The notes under the pieces are model-generated. The model made no database searches, was not told the DNA's origin, and worked only from the letters and a program-made list of their open reading frames with translations. A program made the translations under genes and the position numbers. This document shows positions 39,698 through 50,279 of a stretch of 64,000 nucleotides of DNA, in pieces (positions within the stretch are counted from its first letter, which is position 1; every line of letters begins with the position of its first letter). The stretch is from an uncultured Anaerococcus sp. (lineage in GTDB: Bacteria > Bacillota > Clostridia > Tissierellales > Peptoniphilaceae), in the NCBI RefSeq assembly GCF_943912825.1, contig NZ_CALTUX010000004.1, forward strand, positions 2,476 through 66,475, given 5' to 3'.

Positions 39698-41314
39698 CTA
39701 TTTTTTCTTATAGTCGTCGAAGTTTCTTTGTTTAATTTCTAGCCATTCTTCTAGGCCTAGGCGTTTCAATTCTTCCTTATAAGCATTCCAAGTTTCATCT
39801 GTGATTCCATTTTGTATAAATTCTGCACGACTTCTTTGGATATAAGGTTTAAGATCTGCTTCTATTTGAGCTAGTCTTTCTAGGTCCTCTTTGCTTGCAA
39901 ATAATCTTGGATAGATTTCATCCTTTTCTACATGAGGAGTATATTTTTCTTTTAGGATATCTAGTCTCCATTTAGCATCATCTGGCATAGTTGTATATTT
40001 GTTATAGTATTCATCTAGAATTGCTAGTGGGCCACCTACTTCTGTCTTTTGTCTTAATTCTCCAGGAGCTGTTCCATTTAGTGGAAGATGCTTAAGCATT
40101 GGCTCTCCTGCATCATTTTTAGACATTTCGAAGATGTTTTGTTGGTCTTCATCACCGTAGGTTCCCCAGTTGTTTTGTACTGATTGGAGAGGCTCATACA
40201 TTTTGTCAATCCATTTTGCTGTTAGCTCTAGGTTTTTGTTTGCTGATGTAATTACTAGCCTATCTCTAGAAAAGCCCATGTTATTTGTTCTTGTTACTCT
40301 CTTTACTCCATCTGGACCTTCCATTACATCCATGGCATCGTAGGAATCATTCATTCCACTTACATTTCCCTTATCCCAGGTGAAATACATACCATATCTC
40401 ATATCCTTACCCTTGGCTATATAGGTGTTCCAATCATGTTCAAAGGCTTCAGGGTCTATTAGTCCTTCATTATATAGGTCATTCATATATTCAATTCCTG
40501 CCCTATATTCATCATCATCTGCTGTGAAGTTTAGCTTTCCATCATTGCCTACTACAAGGTGTTGGTCATTGTCCCCATCTCCTCCAAAGGCTGCCATAAT
40601 AAATTTAAAGTCTTCGTTTCCATCGGCATCTATAAAGGAGAATGGTATCTCATCTTTTTCTCCATTACCATTTGGGTCTTTATCCCTAAAGGCTATGAGG
40701 GCTTCTTTAAGTTCTTGAGGATTTTTAGGCATTTCAAGACCTAATTTTTTAAGCCATTCTACATTTATCCATGGGATGTCATTTACAGTGTGGATTGATT
40801 CCTTATCATTTCCTAATTCTTCTATCCAAGGGAAGGAATACATCTTGCCATCAGGACCTACCATCATTGCCTTATATTCTGGATATTTATCATAAATTGC
40901 CTTTAGGTTTGGCATATATTTTTCAACAAGCTCATCAACTGGCACTATTACCCCAGAATCTGCCCAAGTCATTAGGTCAGCATCACTTGCTTCTGAGTTC
41001 CATATAAAGTCTGGCAAATCACCTGCAGCTATATCTAGATTTCTCTTTTCTGCAAAGTCACTGTTATAATTTGTCCAGTCTATGTGAACATTTGTATCTT
41101 CTTCTAATCTCTTATAAATTAGTTTTTCATTTGGGTCTTCTGGTGCTAGAGGTGAACTAGATGTAATACCTTTTAGGCTCACCTTATCTTTTAATGGAAG
41201 GCTTACATCTGTAAGGCCGTAGTCTTCGCTACTTGTTGTCTTAGATTCTTTAGATCCACAGCCTACTAGTAAGGCTGGTATTGTTAAAGCTATAATACAT
41301 TTTTTAATATTCAT
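39698..41314 (-). CDS. ABC transporter extracellular solute-binding lipoprotein (large LplA-type)
   Basis: Lipobox LLVGCGS. 538 aa. Confidence 0.8.
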   Translation of the reverse strand: MNIKKCIIALTIPALLVGCGSKESKTTSSEDYGLTDVSLPLKDKVSLKGITSSSPLAPEDPNEKLIYKRLEEDTNVHIDWTNYNSDFAEKRNLDIAAGDLPDFIWNSEASDADLMTWADSGVIVPVDELVEKYMPNLKAIYDKYPEYKAMMVGPDGKMYSFPWIEELGNDKESIHTVNDIPWINVEWLKKLGLEMPKNPQELKEALIAFRDKDPNGNGEKDEIPFSFIDADGNEDFKFIMAAFGGDGDNDQHLVVGNDGKLNFTADDDEYRAGIEYMNDLYNEGLIDPEAFEHDWNTYIAKGKDMRYGMYFTWDKGNVSGMNDSYDAMDVMEGPDGVKRVTRTNNMGFSRDRLVITSANKNLELTAKWIDKMYEPLQSVQNNWGTYGDEDQQNIFEMSKNDAGEPMLKHLPLNGTAPGELRQKTEVGGPLAILDEYYNKYTTMPDDAKWRLDILKEKYTPHVEKDEIYPRLFASKEDLERLAQIEADLKPYIQRSRAEFIQNGITDETWNAYKEELKRLGLEEWLEIKQRNFDDYKKK

Positions 41315-41317
41315 AAT

Positions 41318-42205
41318 TTATCCTTTCACTGCTCCTACTGAAATTCCTTTTTCAAAATATTTTTGGAAGAATGGGAACATAACTATTAATGGTACACTGG
41401 AAACAACGATAGTAGAATACTTAACTAATTCTGCTATTTTCTTTAGTTCGGCCATAGCTGTTTGCTGGCCAATCATATTCATGTTTGGTTGGTTTTGAAC
41501 CAAAATTTTTCTTAAAACTATTTGCAAAGGTTCTAATTCTGGTGATTTAATATAAATCATTGCATCAAAGTAACTATTCCACATTCCAACAAAGGAATAT
41601 AGGAATATTACAAACATAATTGACTTAGATAAAGGAACTATAATTTTTGTAAAGACTTGGATCTCACTTGCCCCATCTACCTTAGCTGCCTCAATCATCT
41701 CTTTTGGTAAGGTTTTTATATAAACCTGAGCTAAAAACAAGTTAAAGACTGATAAGCATCCTGGCAAGATCAAAGCCCAAACCGTATCTAGCATGCCAAG
41801 ATTTTTGACAAGCAAGTAGGTTGGTACGAGGCCTCCACCAAAAAACATGGTTATTACAAAAAATACGTAAATACCTTTTTTAAAAACAAGGTCATCCCTG
41901 CTCATTGGATAAGCAGCCATCATTGTTACAACAACATTTAAGGTCGCAAAGCCAAATGAGTAGATTAAAGAGTTGAAAAATCCCCTTAAGATACTCTTAT
42001 CACTAAAAACCCTCCTATAGCCTTCTACAGTCCAGTCTGCTGGATTAAGACTAACTCCCTTGCTAAGCAAGGTATCAGGTGCCATAAAACTTGCCAGCAA
42101 GACATAAATCATAGGCACGAGGATCAAAAGCAATATGATTACTAAGCAGATAATATTTATTCTTCTGATATTCTTATCAACCCTAGTCATAGAATTAACA
42201 TTCAT
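41318..42205 (-). CDS. carbohydrate ABC transporter permease (LplC-like)
   Basis: EAA loop IEAAKVDGASEIQVFTKIIVP. Confidence 0.85.
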   Translation of the reverse strand: MNVNSMTRVDKNIRRINIICLVIILLLILVPMIYVLLASFMAPDTLLSKGVSLNPADWTVEGYRRVFSDKSILRGFFNSLIYSFGFATLNVVVTMMAAYPMSRDDLVFKKGIYVFFVITMFFGGGLVPTYLLVKNLGMLDTVWALILPGCLSVFNLFLAQVYIKTLPKEMIEAAKVDGASEIQVFTKIIVPLSKSIMFVIFLYSFVGMWNSYFDAMIYIKSPELEPLQIVLRKILVQNQPNMNMIGQQTAMAELKKIAELVKYSTIVVSSVPLIVMFPFFQKYFEKGISVGAVKG

Positions 42206-42207
42206 AT

Positions 42208-43149
42208 TTACCCCTTCTTCTTTTCAATCTTATTCACAAACAAGTAAGTAACTGCCAATAAAATCAAGTTAATAACTGAGTTAAAAAGCCCTACAGCTGT
42301 TGAATAAGAATAATTTCCCTGCTGTAAACCAATCTTATATACATAGGTAGAGATAATCTCTGATGTAGGTAGGTTAAGAGAAGTCTGCATTAGGTAAGCT
42401 TTTTCATAGCCGATACCCATAATACCACCCACAGCCAAAACAAAGTTTACAATCATAATTGGCTTTAAGGCAGGTAATTCTATATTTATAATCTTTTGCA
42501 AAAGATTTGCCCCATCAAGCTCAGCAGCCTCATACAAATCTGGTGGAATACTAATCAAGGCGCTGGTATATAGGATAGATGCCCATCCCATGCCCTGCCA
42601 AATTCCAGAAGCAATATACAAGGATCTAAAAGACTCTGGATCAGTTAGAAATTGTGGAGGCGTAATCCCCATACTCGTAAGAATCCTAACAATAGGACCA
42701 TTAGCTGAGAAGAACAAAAACACCATACCAACTATAATAACAGTAGATATAAAGTTAGGTGTATAAAGGATAGTTTGAGCATATTGCTTAATCCTATCAG
42801 ACATCAATTGATTTATCATCAAAGCTAAAATAATTGGAGGGAAAAATCCCCACAAGAGTCCATAAATAGAAAGCTTCAAAGTATTTACAAGCAATACATT
42901 AAAATTTGGTGAAGTTAGGAAATTTTTAAAGTGTTCAAAGCCAATCCATTGACTTCCCAAAATCCCCTTCAAAGGGTTATATTGCTTAAAGGCAATCAAG
43001 ATTCCATACATAGGTATATATTTAAAGATAAAAGTAATCAGCAAAGCTGGCAAAAGCAGCAAAAACAACTGATATTGGTCTTTAAGTCTTTGCCAAATAG
43101 TCAGTTCTAATTCATCGTCTGCATCAATCATATTTTTATTTTTTTTCAT
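42208..43149 (-). CDS. carbohydrate ABC transporter permease (LplB-like)
   Basis: EAA loop YEAAELDGANLLQKIINIELP. Confidence 0.85.
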   Translation of the reverse strand: MKKNKNMIDADDELELTIWQRLKDQYQLFLLLLPALLITFIFKYIPMYGILIAFKQYNPLKGILGSQWIGFEHFKNFLTSPNFNVLLVNTLKLSIYGLLWGFFPPIILALMINQLMSDRIKQYAQTILYTPNFISTVIIVGMVFLFFSANGPIVRILTSMGITPPQFLTDPESFRSLYIASGIWQGMGWASILYTSALISIPPDLYEAAELDGANLLQKIINIELPALKPIMIVNFVLAVGGIMGIGYEKAYLMQTSLNLPTSEIISTYVYKIGLQQGNYSYSTAVGLFNSVINLILLAVTYLFVNKIEKKKG

Positions 43150-43173
43150 AAAAGCCTCCTTCCATAAATTTAA

Positions 43174-44139
43174 TCATTTAGTCGTTCCACCCTCCTCGAA
43201 CCTAACTTTTACATAAGAATTAGCATAATAATTCTCATCCTCAATATTTTTAAGTAAGATATCCACACTCCTTGTCGCAATCTCTTCAACATCTTGGACA
43301 ATGGTAGAAACCATATAAGACCTCTCTTCGCTAAGCTTGATCCCATCAAAACCAATCAGCTGGTAATCAACTAAGACTTCCTTACCAATAGCCTTTAAAG
43401 TCTCAATAGCATCCATGCCCACAAAGTCATTGATAGTAAAAATACCATCTATACCAGGATTTTCCTCAAAAATCGCGTATATCTCATCGTCAAATCCCTC
43501 ATAGGGTTCAAGTATATCAATAATGTGGAAAGAAATCTTCTTATCCCTACAAAAATCTTCAAAACCCCTTCTTCTGTCCATGGTAGCATTCATAAATTTA
43601 TTATGACTTCCCACATACAAAAGCTCTTTACATCCCTTACTAAACAAGGTCTCAGCAGCCAAAAGGCCACCCTCGTAGTTTTGACTAGCCACAAAATTAA
43701 TATTCTTATCAAACTTTCTGTCGATACTTACGAAAGGTAAATTGGAATTAATATAAACTTCGATATCAGAATAGGAAATCGCTATTATCCCATCGATCAT
43801 ATTCTTCCTAAGCATCTGCAAATACTGGATTTCACTATCTTCACATCCATTGCTATTGCACAAAAGAAGCTTATAACCCCTCTTTTGTAAAACTTGTTCT
43901 ACATGAAAAGCCATCTCCGAAAAAAACGGGTGCCAGATAGTAGGAATAATTAGACCAATAGTATTAGTTTTATTATTCTTAAGACCACTAGCTAGGTCAT
44001 TTTTTTCATAATTAAGCTTCTCAATAGCATCCATCACCCTCCTATAAGTCTCAGGCTTAACCTCCCTTCCATTAATAACATTACTCACACTTCCTAAGCT
44101 AACCTTTGCCTCGTTAGCAACATCCTTCATAGTAGCCAT
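43174..44139 (-). CDS. LacI-family transcriptional regulator
   Basis: HTH ATMKDVANEAKVSLGSVSNVING plus a periplasmic-binding-protein-like sugar-binding domain. First gene of the GH32 operon. Confidence 0.9.
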   Translation of the reverse strand: MATMKDVANEAKVSLGSVSNVINGREVKPETYRRVMDAIEKLNYEKNDLASGLKNNKTNTIGLIIPTIWHPFFSEMAFHVEQVLQKRGYKLLLCNSNGCEDSEIQYLQMLRKNMIDGIIAISYSDIEVYINSNLPFVSIDRKFDKNINFVASQNYEGGLLAAETLFSKGCKELLYVGSHNKFMNATMDRRRGFEDFCRDKKISFHIIDILEPYEGFDDEIYAIFEENPGIDGIFTINDFVGMDAIETLKAIGKEVLVDYQLIGFDGIKLSEERSYMVSTIVQDVEEIATRSVDILLKNIEDENYYANSYVKVRFEEGGTTK

Positions 44140-44179
44140 CTTGTAACTCCTTTATTTTATCTTGAATAAATTTAATCTT

Positions 44180-44191
44180 TGAAACGTTTCA
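44180..44191. promoter_or_regulatory. 12-bp CG-centred palindrome TGAAACGTTTCA, candidate LacI-family operator 1 of 3
   Basis: Perfect palindrome 41 bp upstream of the lacI-type gene start. Confidence 0.5.
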
Positions 44192-44242
44192 ATTATATCA
44201 TAAAAAAATATATTTTGCACTTAAATTTTTAAAATGAGAATT

Positions 44243-44254
44243 TGTAACGTTTCA
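44243..44254. promoter_or_regulatory. TGTAACGTTTCA, operator-like site 2 of 3
   Basis: Same half-sites with one mismatch. 63 bp from site 1. Confidence 0.5.
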
Positions 44255-44307
44255 AAATTTATCCAAAATAAAAATCCCAGCTTAAACTAATATGAGAATT
44301 AATTTTT

Positions 44308-44319
44308 GTAACGTTTCAT
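44308..44319. promoter_or_regulatory. TGTAACGTTTCA, operator-like site 3 of 3
   Basis: Identical to site 2. 65 bp from site 2. Confidence 0.5.
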
Positions 44320-44439
44320 TTATTACAAGTCCATTATATGATAACATTTTCATCTTGTCAAGAGTTTTTTTGGAAAATCTTAAGTTTTATGGTAGAAAGC
44401 TTTTCAAGCTTCCTTCTTTACCCTTTTTCTTAAGCGTGG

Positions 44440-45165
44440 TCGAGAGAACTATTACTTTCTTTCGAGCTTCGCTCGACCACTCTGCCTCTGCACCAGTCCT
44501 TCCTCAATCTTCTTTCAGAAGATTGGGATAGGGCTTCGCGTGGGGCTCCTCTTCGCGCCGGAGGGGCGTTTTTCAATCCTAAAATAAGCCTAAGAACGAT
44601 AATTTGCAATATTCAAAGGCTTTGTGAAAATTAAGCAAAAGCCTGCCCTAAGTATTTTTTTAACTCCCTACAAAATCTTTAGGCTTGTCTCCTAGAGCCG
44701 ACGGGCTTGATACAAGGTCGAAGCAAGGGAGGGTGGTCGAAGCTAGGTCTCTCTTTTAATTTACTAAGTTAAGGAAGATAATGAATATTATAGTAAAAAG
44801 CCAAATGTCATGTCGAACCCTCCTAGAGGGTGAGATATCCCATTTTTTGATTATTTATTTGAAAACATATGTCTATCTTAGGGGCTTCTTTTTTCGAGCT
44901 TCGCTCGACCATTTCATGGAGAGTCCTCCACGAGCCGGACGGGCTTGTTCCCTTGTCTCGAGCGAAGTCGAGAGACCTATTACGCACACTAAAATTCCAA
45001 AACAAGCCTAAGAGCGATAATTTGCAATATTCGAAGGATTTTGAAAATAAAGTAAAAGCTTGCCCTTTATGTATTTCGACACCTTACAAAACTTTTAGGC
45101 TTCTCCACGTTGGTCGAAGCAAGGGTAGCAGAGGTCGAAGCAAGGGGAATGTTATTCCAAGAAAA
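44440..45165. repeat. tandem duplication (two copies, unit about 400-430 bp) of a non-coding element carrying stem-loops; related to the element at 36079-36220
   Basis: ttcgagcttcgctcgacc at 44461 and 44893; aagcctaaga(a/g)cgataatttgcaatattc(a/g)aagg at 44587 and 45004; ggtcgaagcaaggg at 44716, 45110 and 45132. Internal inverted repeats gtggtcgag...ctcgaccac. Confidence 0.6.
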
Positions 45166-45171
45166 TTCCCA

Positions 45172-45212
45172 GCAAAAAACTAGTCAAGCTTTTCCCTTGA
45201 CTAGTTTTTTTT
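45172..45212. terminator. bidirectional terminator downstream of the GH13 gene
   Basis: aactagtcaag-cttttccc-ttgactagtt hairpin flanked by an A-run and a T-run. Confidence 0.7.
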
Positions 45213-45213
45213 C

Positions 45214-46854
<1,641 letters not shown>

Positions 46855-46937
46855 TCATTGTAATCGATTCAGGGTCAAAGTTCTAGTTTTATATTTATAT
46901 TAAAAAACGAGGATATAAATCCCCGTATTTTAAGCTT

Positions 46938-47906
46938 TTAGTTGATTTTTCTACCCTTTTCGTCATATTTGTAGAAGCCTTCGCCTGCTGCCACGCCGGT
47001 TTTGCCTGCTTGAATTTTTTCTTCAAGCATTTTTACAATCTTACCTGCCATTGTAGATGGGTCATCTGCCCCTTCCTTGTATTTGGCAAGGTTGTATGGG
47101 GTCATAAGGCCTACTATATCTAGGATTTCAAAAGGTCCTCTTGGGGCTCCTGCACCGACTTTCCAAGCCATATCTACATCTTCAAAGCTTGCGTATTCTC
47201 CAGCTACTAGCTCTTGGGCCGCACTTAATAGTGGCACTAGGAGGGAATTTAGAAGATAGCCTGGTCTTTCCTTTTTGATTACTACCGGGATCATGGTGAT
47301 TTCTCTAGCATAGGCTTCCACAGCTTCTCTTGCCTTATCAGATGTTTCTGGTGTTACCATAATCTCTGCAAGGTTGTTTCTCCAGATGTGGTTGGCAAAG
47401 TGGAAATGAAGGTAATTTTCAGGTCTGCCTGCATCATCCTTGAAGGTTGAAGGAAGCATGGTTGATGAATTGGAAGCAAGGATTGTATCTTCTCCCAAAT
47501 AGTCCTTAATCTTTTTAAAGAAGTCGTGCTTTACATCTTCCACCTCAGCTATAGCCTCGATTACAAAGTCAGCCCCTTCCATGGCCTTGGCCAAGTCTGT
47601 CTCATATTTGATTGATTCGTAGGCCTTTTTTACATCCTCTTTTAGCTTATCTATCTCTTCTGGGCTAATATTTTCAAAATCTTCTATCAAGGCCCTTGCA
47701 TAATCTGGCTTTTCCTTGCCAATTTGAGCCTTGGCATGGTCTAGCTCTGCTAGATAGGTCATATATAATTTTTCGATTTTTGGCTTAGCTCTGCCGATTG
47801 ATTCCTCGCTTCTTAGCCAAAAAGTAACATTTTTTCCCCTATAGGCTGATTGAAATCCAATTTGACTACCTAGGACTCCACCGCCTGCAATTACAATATT
47901 TTTCAT
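46938..47906 (-). CDS. 3-hydroxyacyl-CoA dehydrogenase-family NAD-binding oxidoreductase
   Basis: Rossmann N-terminus IVIAGGGVLGSQIG and a 3HCDH-like C-terminal domain. Substrate not inferable. Confidence 0.6.
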   Translation of the reverse strand: MKNIVIAGGGVLGSQIGFQSAYRGKNVTFWLRSEESIGRAKPKIEKLYMTYLAELDHAKAQIGKEKPDYARALIEDFENISPEEIDKLKEDVKKAYESIKYETDLAKAMEGADFVIEAIAEVEDVKHDFFKKIKDYLGEDTILASNSSTMLPSTFKDDAGRPENYLHFHFANHIWRNNLAEIMVTPETSDKAREAVEAYAREITMIPVVIKKERPGYLLNSLLVPLLSAAQELVAGEYASFEDVDMAWKVGAGAPRGPFEILDIVGLMTPYNLAKYKEGADDPSTMAGKIVKMLEEKIQAGKTGVAAGEGFYKYDEKGRKIN

Positions 47907-48009
47907 CTTATCTCCTCTCTTTTCTCTTATAAAATTACCCCATAAAATCTCTTACAAAACACTTTTTGCAAAAAAATGTCAATCTCTAAAAATCACCTGT
48001 CAAGAGCCT

Positions 48010-48903
48010 TCACAATCTTTCAGCTATTTCCAAATACAAATCCAAAAATATGGAGTTCTTGCTGGCCACAATGGACATATCATGGGTCAGATTGAAATCC
48101 TCTAGGTCAACTATCCTAAGCTCCCCTTCCCTTAATTCTTTTTCAACACAAGACTCAAACAAGAAGCTAATCCCGCAGTCTGCCTTAAGAAGCTCAACAA
48201 TGGCGTGCATATTATTAATCTCAATAATATTAGCAAAATCCCTTGTATCTATATTATCCATATAGAGGAAATTTTTAAGAATTGCAAGGGTACCAGACCC
48301 CTCTTCTCTTATGATAATCCTCTCATCAAGCAAATCAGTCAGCTTTGTGATGGGTCTTTGAAAAACATGGTCCCTATGGCAAATACACTGGACCCTATCG
48401 GTCTTATATTTTTTGACAAAATAATCCTTACCATCCAAAAAACCCTCAATAATAGCAAAATCAATCTTTCCACTATCAATATCCCTCAAAATCTCATCGG
48501 TATTTTCATAAAAAATATGAAAATCACAAGTCGCTTTCTCCTTAATCAAGGCAATTAGTTTATCAAGGACTATATACTCACCAACCGACCTCGTAAAACC
48601 AAGAGAAATCTTCTCCCCCTGGGATTTTTTCTTGCCAAGGAGCTTCTTAAGCCTGTGCTCGTCATTTGACATAGAAAGGAGCGCCGCCCTTAAAATCTTA
48701 CCTTGATCAGTCAAAGATAAATTTTTCTTATTCCTACAAAAAAGCTTACAATTATAATAATTTTCCAAATATTTAATATGCTGAGATATGGCAGGCTGGG
48801 TAATATTCAGACTCTCCGCCGCCTTAGTAAAATTAAGATACTCACACACCGCCAAGAAACTTTCAATTCTAAAATCCAACATAAAATCCTCCCTAATAAT
48901 CAT
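48010..48903 (-). CDS. LysR-family transcriptional regulator
   Basis: HTH FLAVCEYLNFTKAAESLNITQPAISQHIKYLE plus a LysR substrate-binding domain. Divergent from the YeiH-like gene. Confidence 0.85.
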   Translation of the reverse strand: MIIREDFMLDFRIESFLAVCEYLNFTKAAESLNITQPAISQHIKYLENYYNCKLFCRNKKNLSLTDQGKILRAALLSMSNDEHRLKKLLGKKKSQGEKISLGFTRSVGEYIVLDKLIALIKEKATCDFHIFYENTDEILRDIDSGKIDFAIIEGFLDGKDYFVKKYKTDRVQCICHRDHVFQRPITKLTDLLDERIIIREEGSGTLAILKNFLYMDNIDTRDFANIIEINNMHAIVELLKADCGISFLFESCVEKELREGELRIVDLEDFNLTHDMSIVASKNSIFLDLYLEIAERL

Positions 48904-48988
48904 AACAAAAATTTATAATATAGTAAATAATTATAATTTTACATTATGATAATCCCTTGCTATAATAAAAAAAGTGGAAGGAGAAAAC

Positions 48989-50023
48989 ATGACAAAATCA
49001 ATAGAAAAAAATATAAGGGGAATCATACTCTGCCTCCTAATAGCGACTATATCTCAAATTATCGGCAAAAAAGTACCCCTAGTAGGACCTGCAGTATTTG
49101 CAATACTCATAGGCATGGTCCTCGGTCAAATAATCAAAAACAAAACACCCTACATGGACGGAGTAAGATTCACCTCCAAAAAAATCCTACAATACGCCGT
49201 AATCCTCCTAGGATTCGGACTAGATTTAGGCCTAGTATTAAAAACAGGAAGAGAATCACTACCAATCATCCTATCAACCATATCAAGCTCACTATTAGTA
49301 GCATTCATAGCCAGCAAAACAGGCCTCATCAAAGACCACATAGCAACACTAATAGGAGTAGGCTCATCAATTTGTGGAGGATCCGCCATAGCAGCCGCCG
49401 CACCAGTAATAGATGCAGACGAAGATGAAATCGCCCAAGCCATATCAGTAATATTCTTTTTTAACATCCTAGCCGCTCTTCTTTTCCCAAGCCTGGGACA
49501 GCTAATCGGCTTTAGCCACGCCAACGGTCATGCCTTCGGAATATTTGCAGGATCAGCAGTAAACGATACATCATCAGTCACAGCCACAGCATCCACATGG
49601 GACACAATCTTCAACCTAGGCAGCCAAACCCTAGATGAAGCAGTCACCGTCAAGCTAACCAGGACCCTTGCCATAATCCCAATATGCCTAGGCCTAGCCT
49701 TCATAAGAATGAAAAATACAGACACAGATGATAGCAAAAAAATATCCATCAAACAAATATTTCCATTTTTCATAATATATTTCATAATAGCAAGCCTAAT
49801 CACAACCATAGCCCTCGCCAAGGGAGTAGACATAGGATACTTCAAACCCTTCAAAGACCTATCCAAATTTTTCATAGTAATGGCAATGTCAGCCATAGGC
49901 TTCAACAGCGACATAGTAAAACTAGTAAAATCAGGCTCCAAACCCCTAGCCCTAGGAGGAACATGCTTCATAATCATCACATCAATAACCCTAATAGGAG
50001 AAAAACTCATCGGGCTGTTGTAG
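48989..50023 (+). CDS. YeiH/UPF0324-family membrane protein (putative sulfate exporter family)
   Basis: Polytopic protein with conserved GVGSSICGGSAIAAAAPVI. The start is placed at ATG 48989 (GGAGG RBS at 48977-48983) rather than the GTG at 48974. The LysR-YeiH divergent pairing is as in E. coli yeiE-yeiH. Confidence 0.7.
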   Translation: MTKSIEKNIRGIILCLLIATISQIIGKKVPLVGPAVFAILIGMVLGQIIKNKTPYMDGVRFTSKKILQYAVILLGFGLDLGLVLKTGRESLPIILSTISSSLLVAFIASKTGLIKDHIATLIGVGSSICGGSAIAAAAPVIDADEDEIAQAISVIFFFNILAALLFPSLGQLIGFSHANGHAFGIFAGSAVNDTSSVTATASTWDTIFNLGSQTLDEAVTVKLTRTLAIIPICLGLAFIRMKNTDTDDSKKISIKQIFPFFIIYFIIASLITTIALAKGVDIGYFKPFKDLSKFFIVMAMSAIGFNSDIVKLVKSGSKPLALGGTCFIIITSITLIGEKLIGLL

Positions 50024-50045
50024 ACAAAAAATAAAGATAAAAGCA

Positions 50046-50088
50046 AAACACCCACTCATATCTAAGATTGAGTAGGTGTTTTTGTTTG
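50046..50088 (+). terminator. rho-independent terminator
   Basis: acacccactca...tgagtaggtgt hairpin followed by a T-run. Confidence 0.7.
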
Positions 50089-50279
50089 TAGGTTAAATAA
50101 GGAAAAATAAAACTGTTGACCAAAAACCACCAAAAAATCCAGAAAATGTATTTAAAATACTCTCCTGGCTTTTCTGTGATGGGCAACCATATTGTCGCCC
50201 CGGCACTAATCTATTTTTCAACTTAAAATAACTCTAAAAAATATTTAATTATACGTATTGTTTACGCATCAGTTAAAAC

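Noticed and set aside
48974-48988. GTG start at 48974 for the YeiH-like gene, and GTG at 9847 for the GH84 gene, as given by the ORF track.
   Set aside because: In both cases the GTG overlaps the Shine-Dalgarno sequence itself (GGAGG / AGGAG). The downstream ATGs (48989 and 9841) have proper spacing, so the shorter ORFs were annotated.
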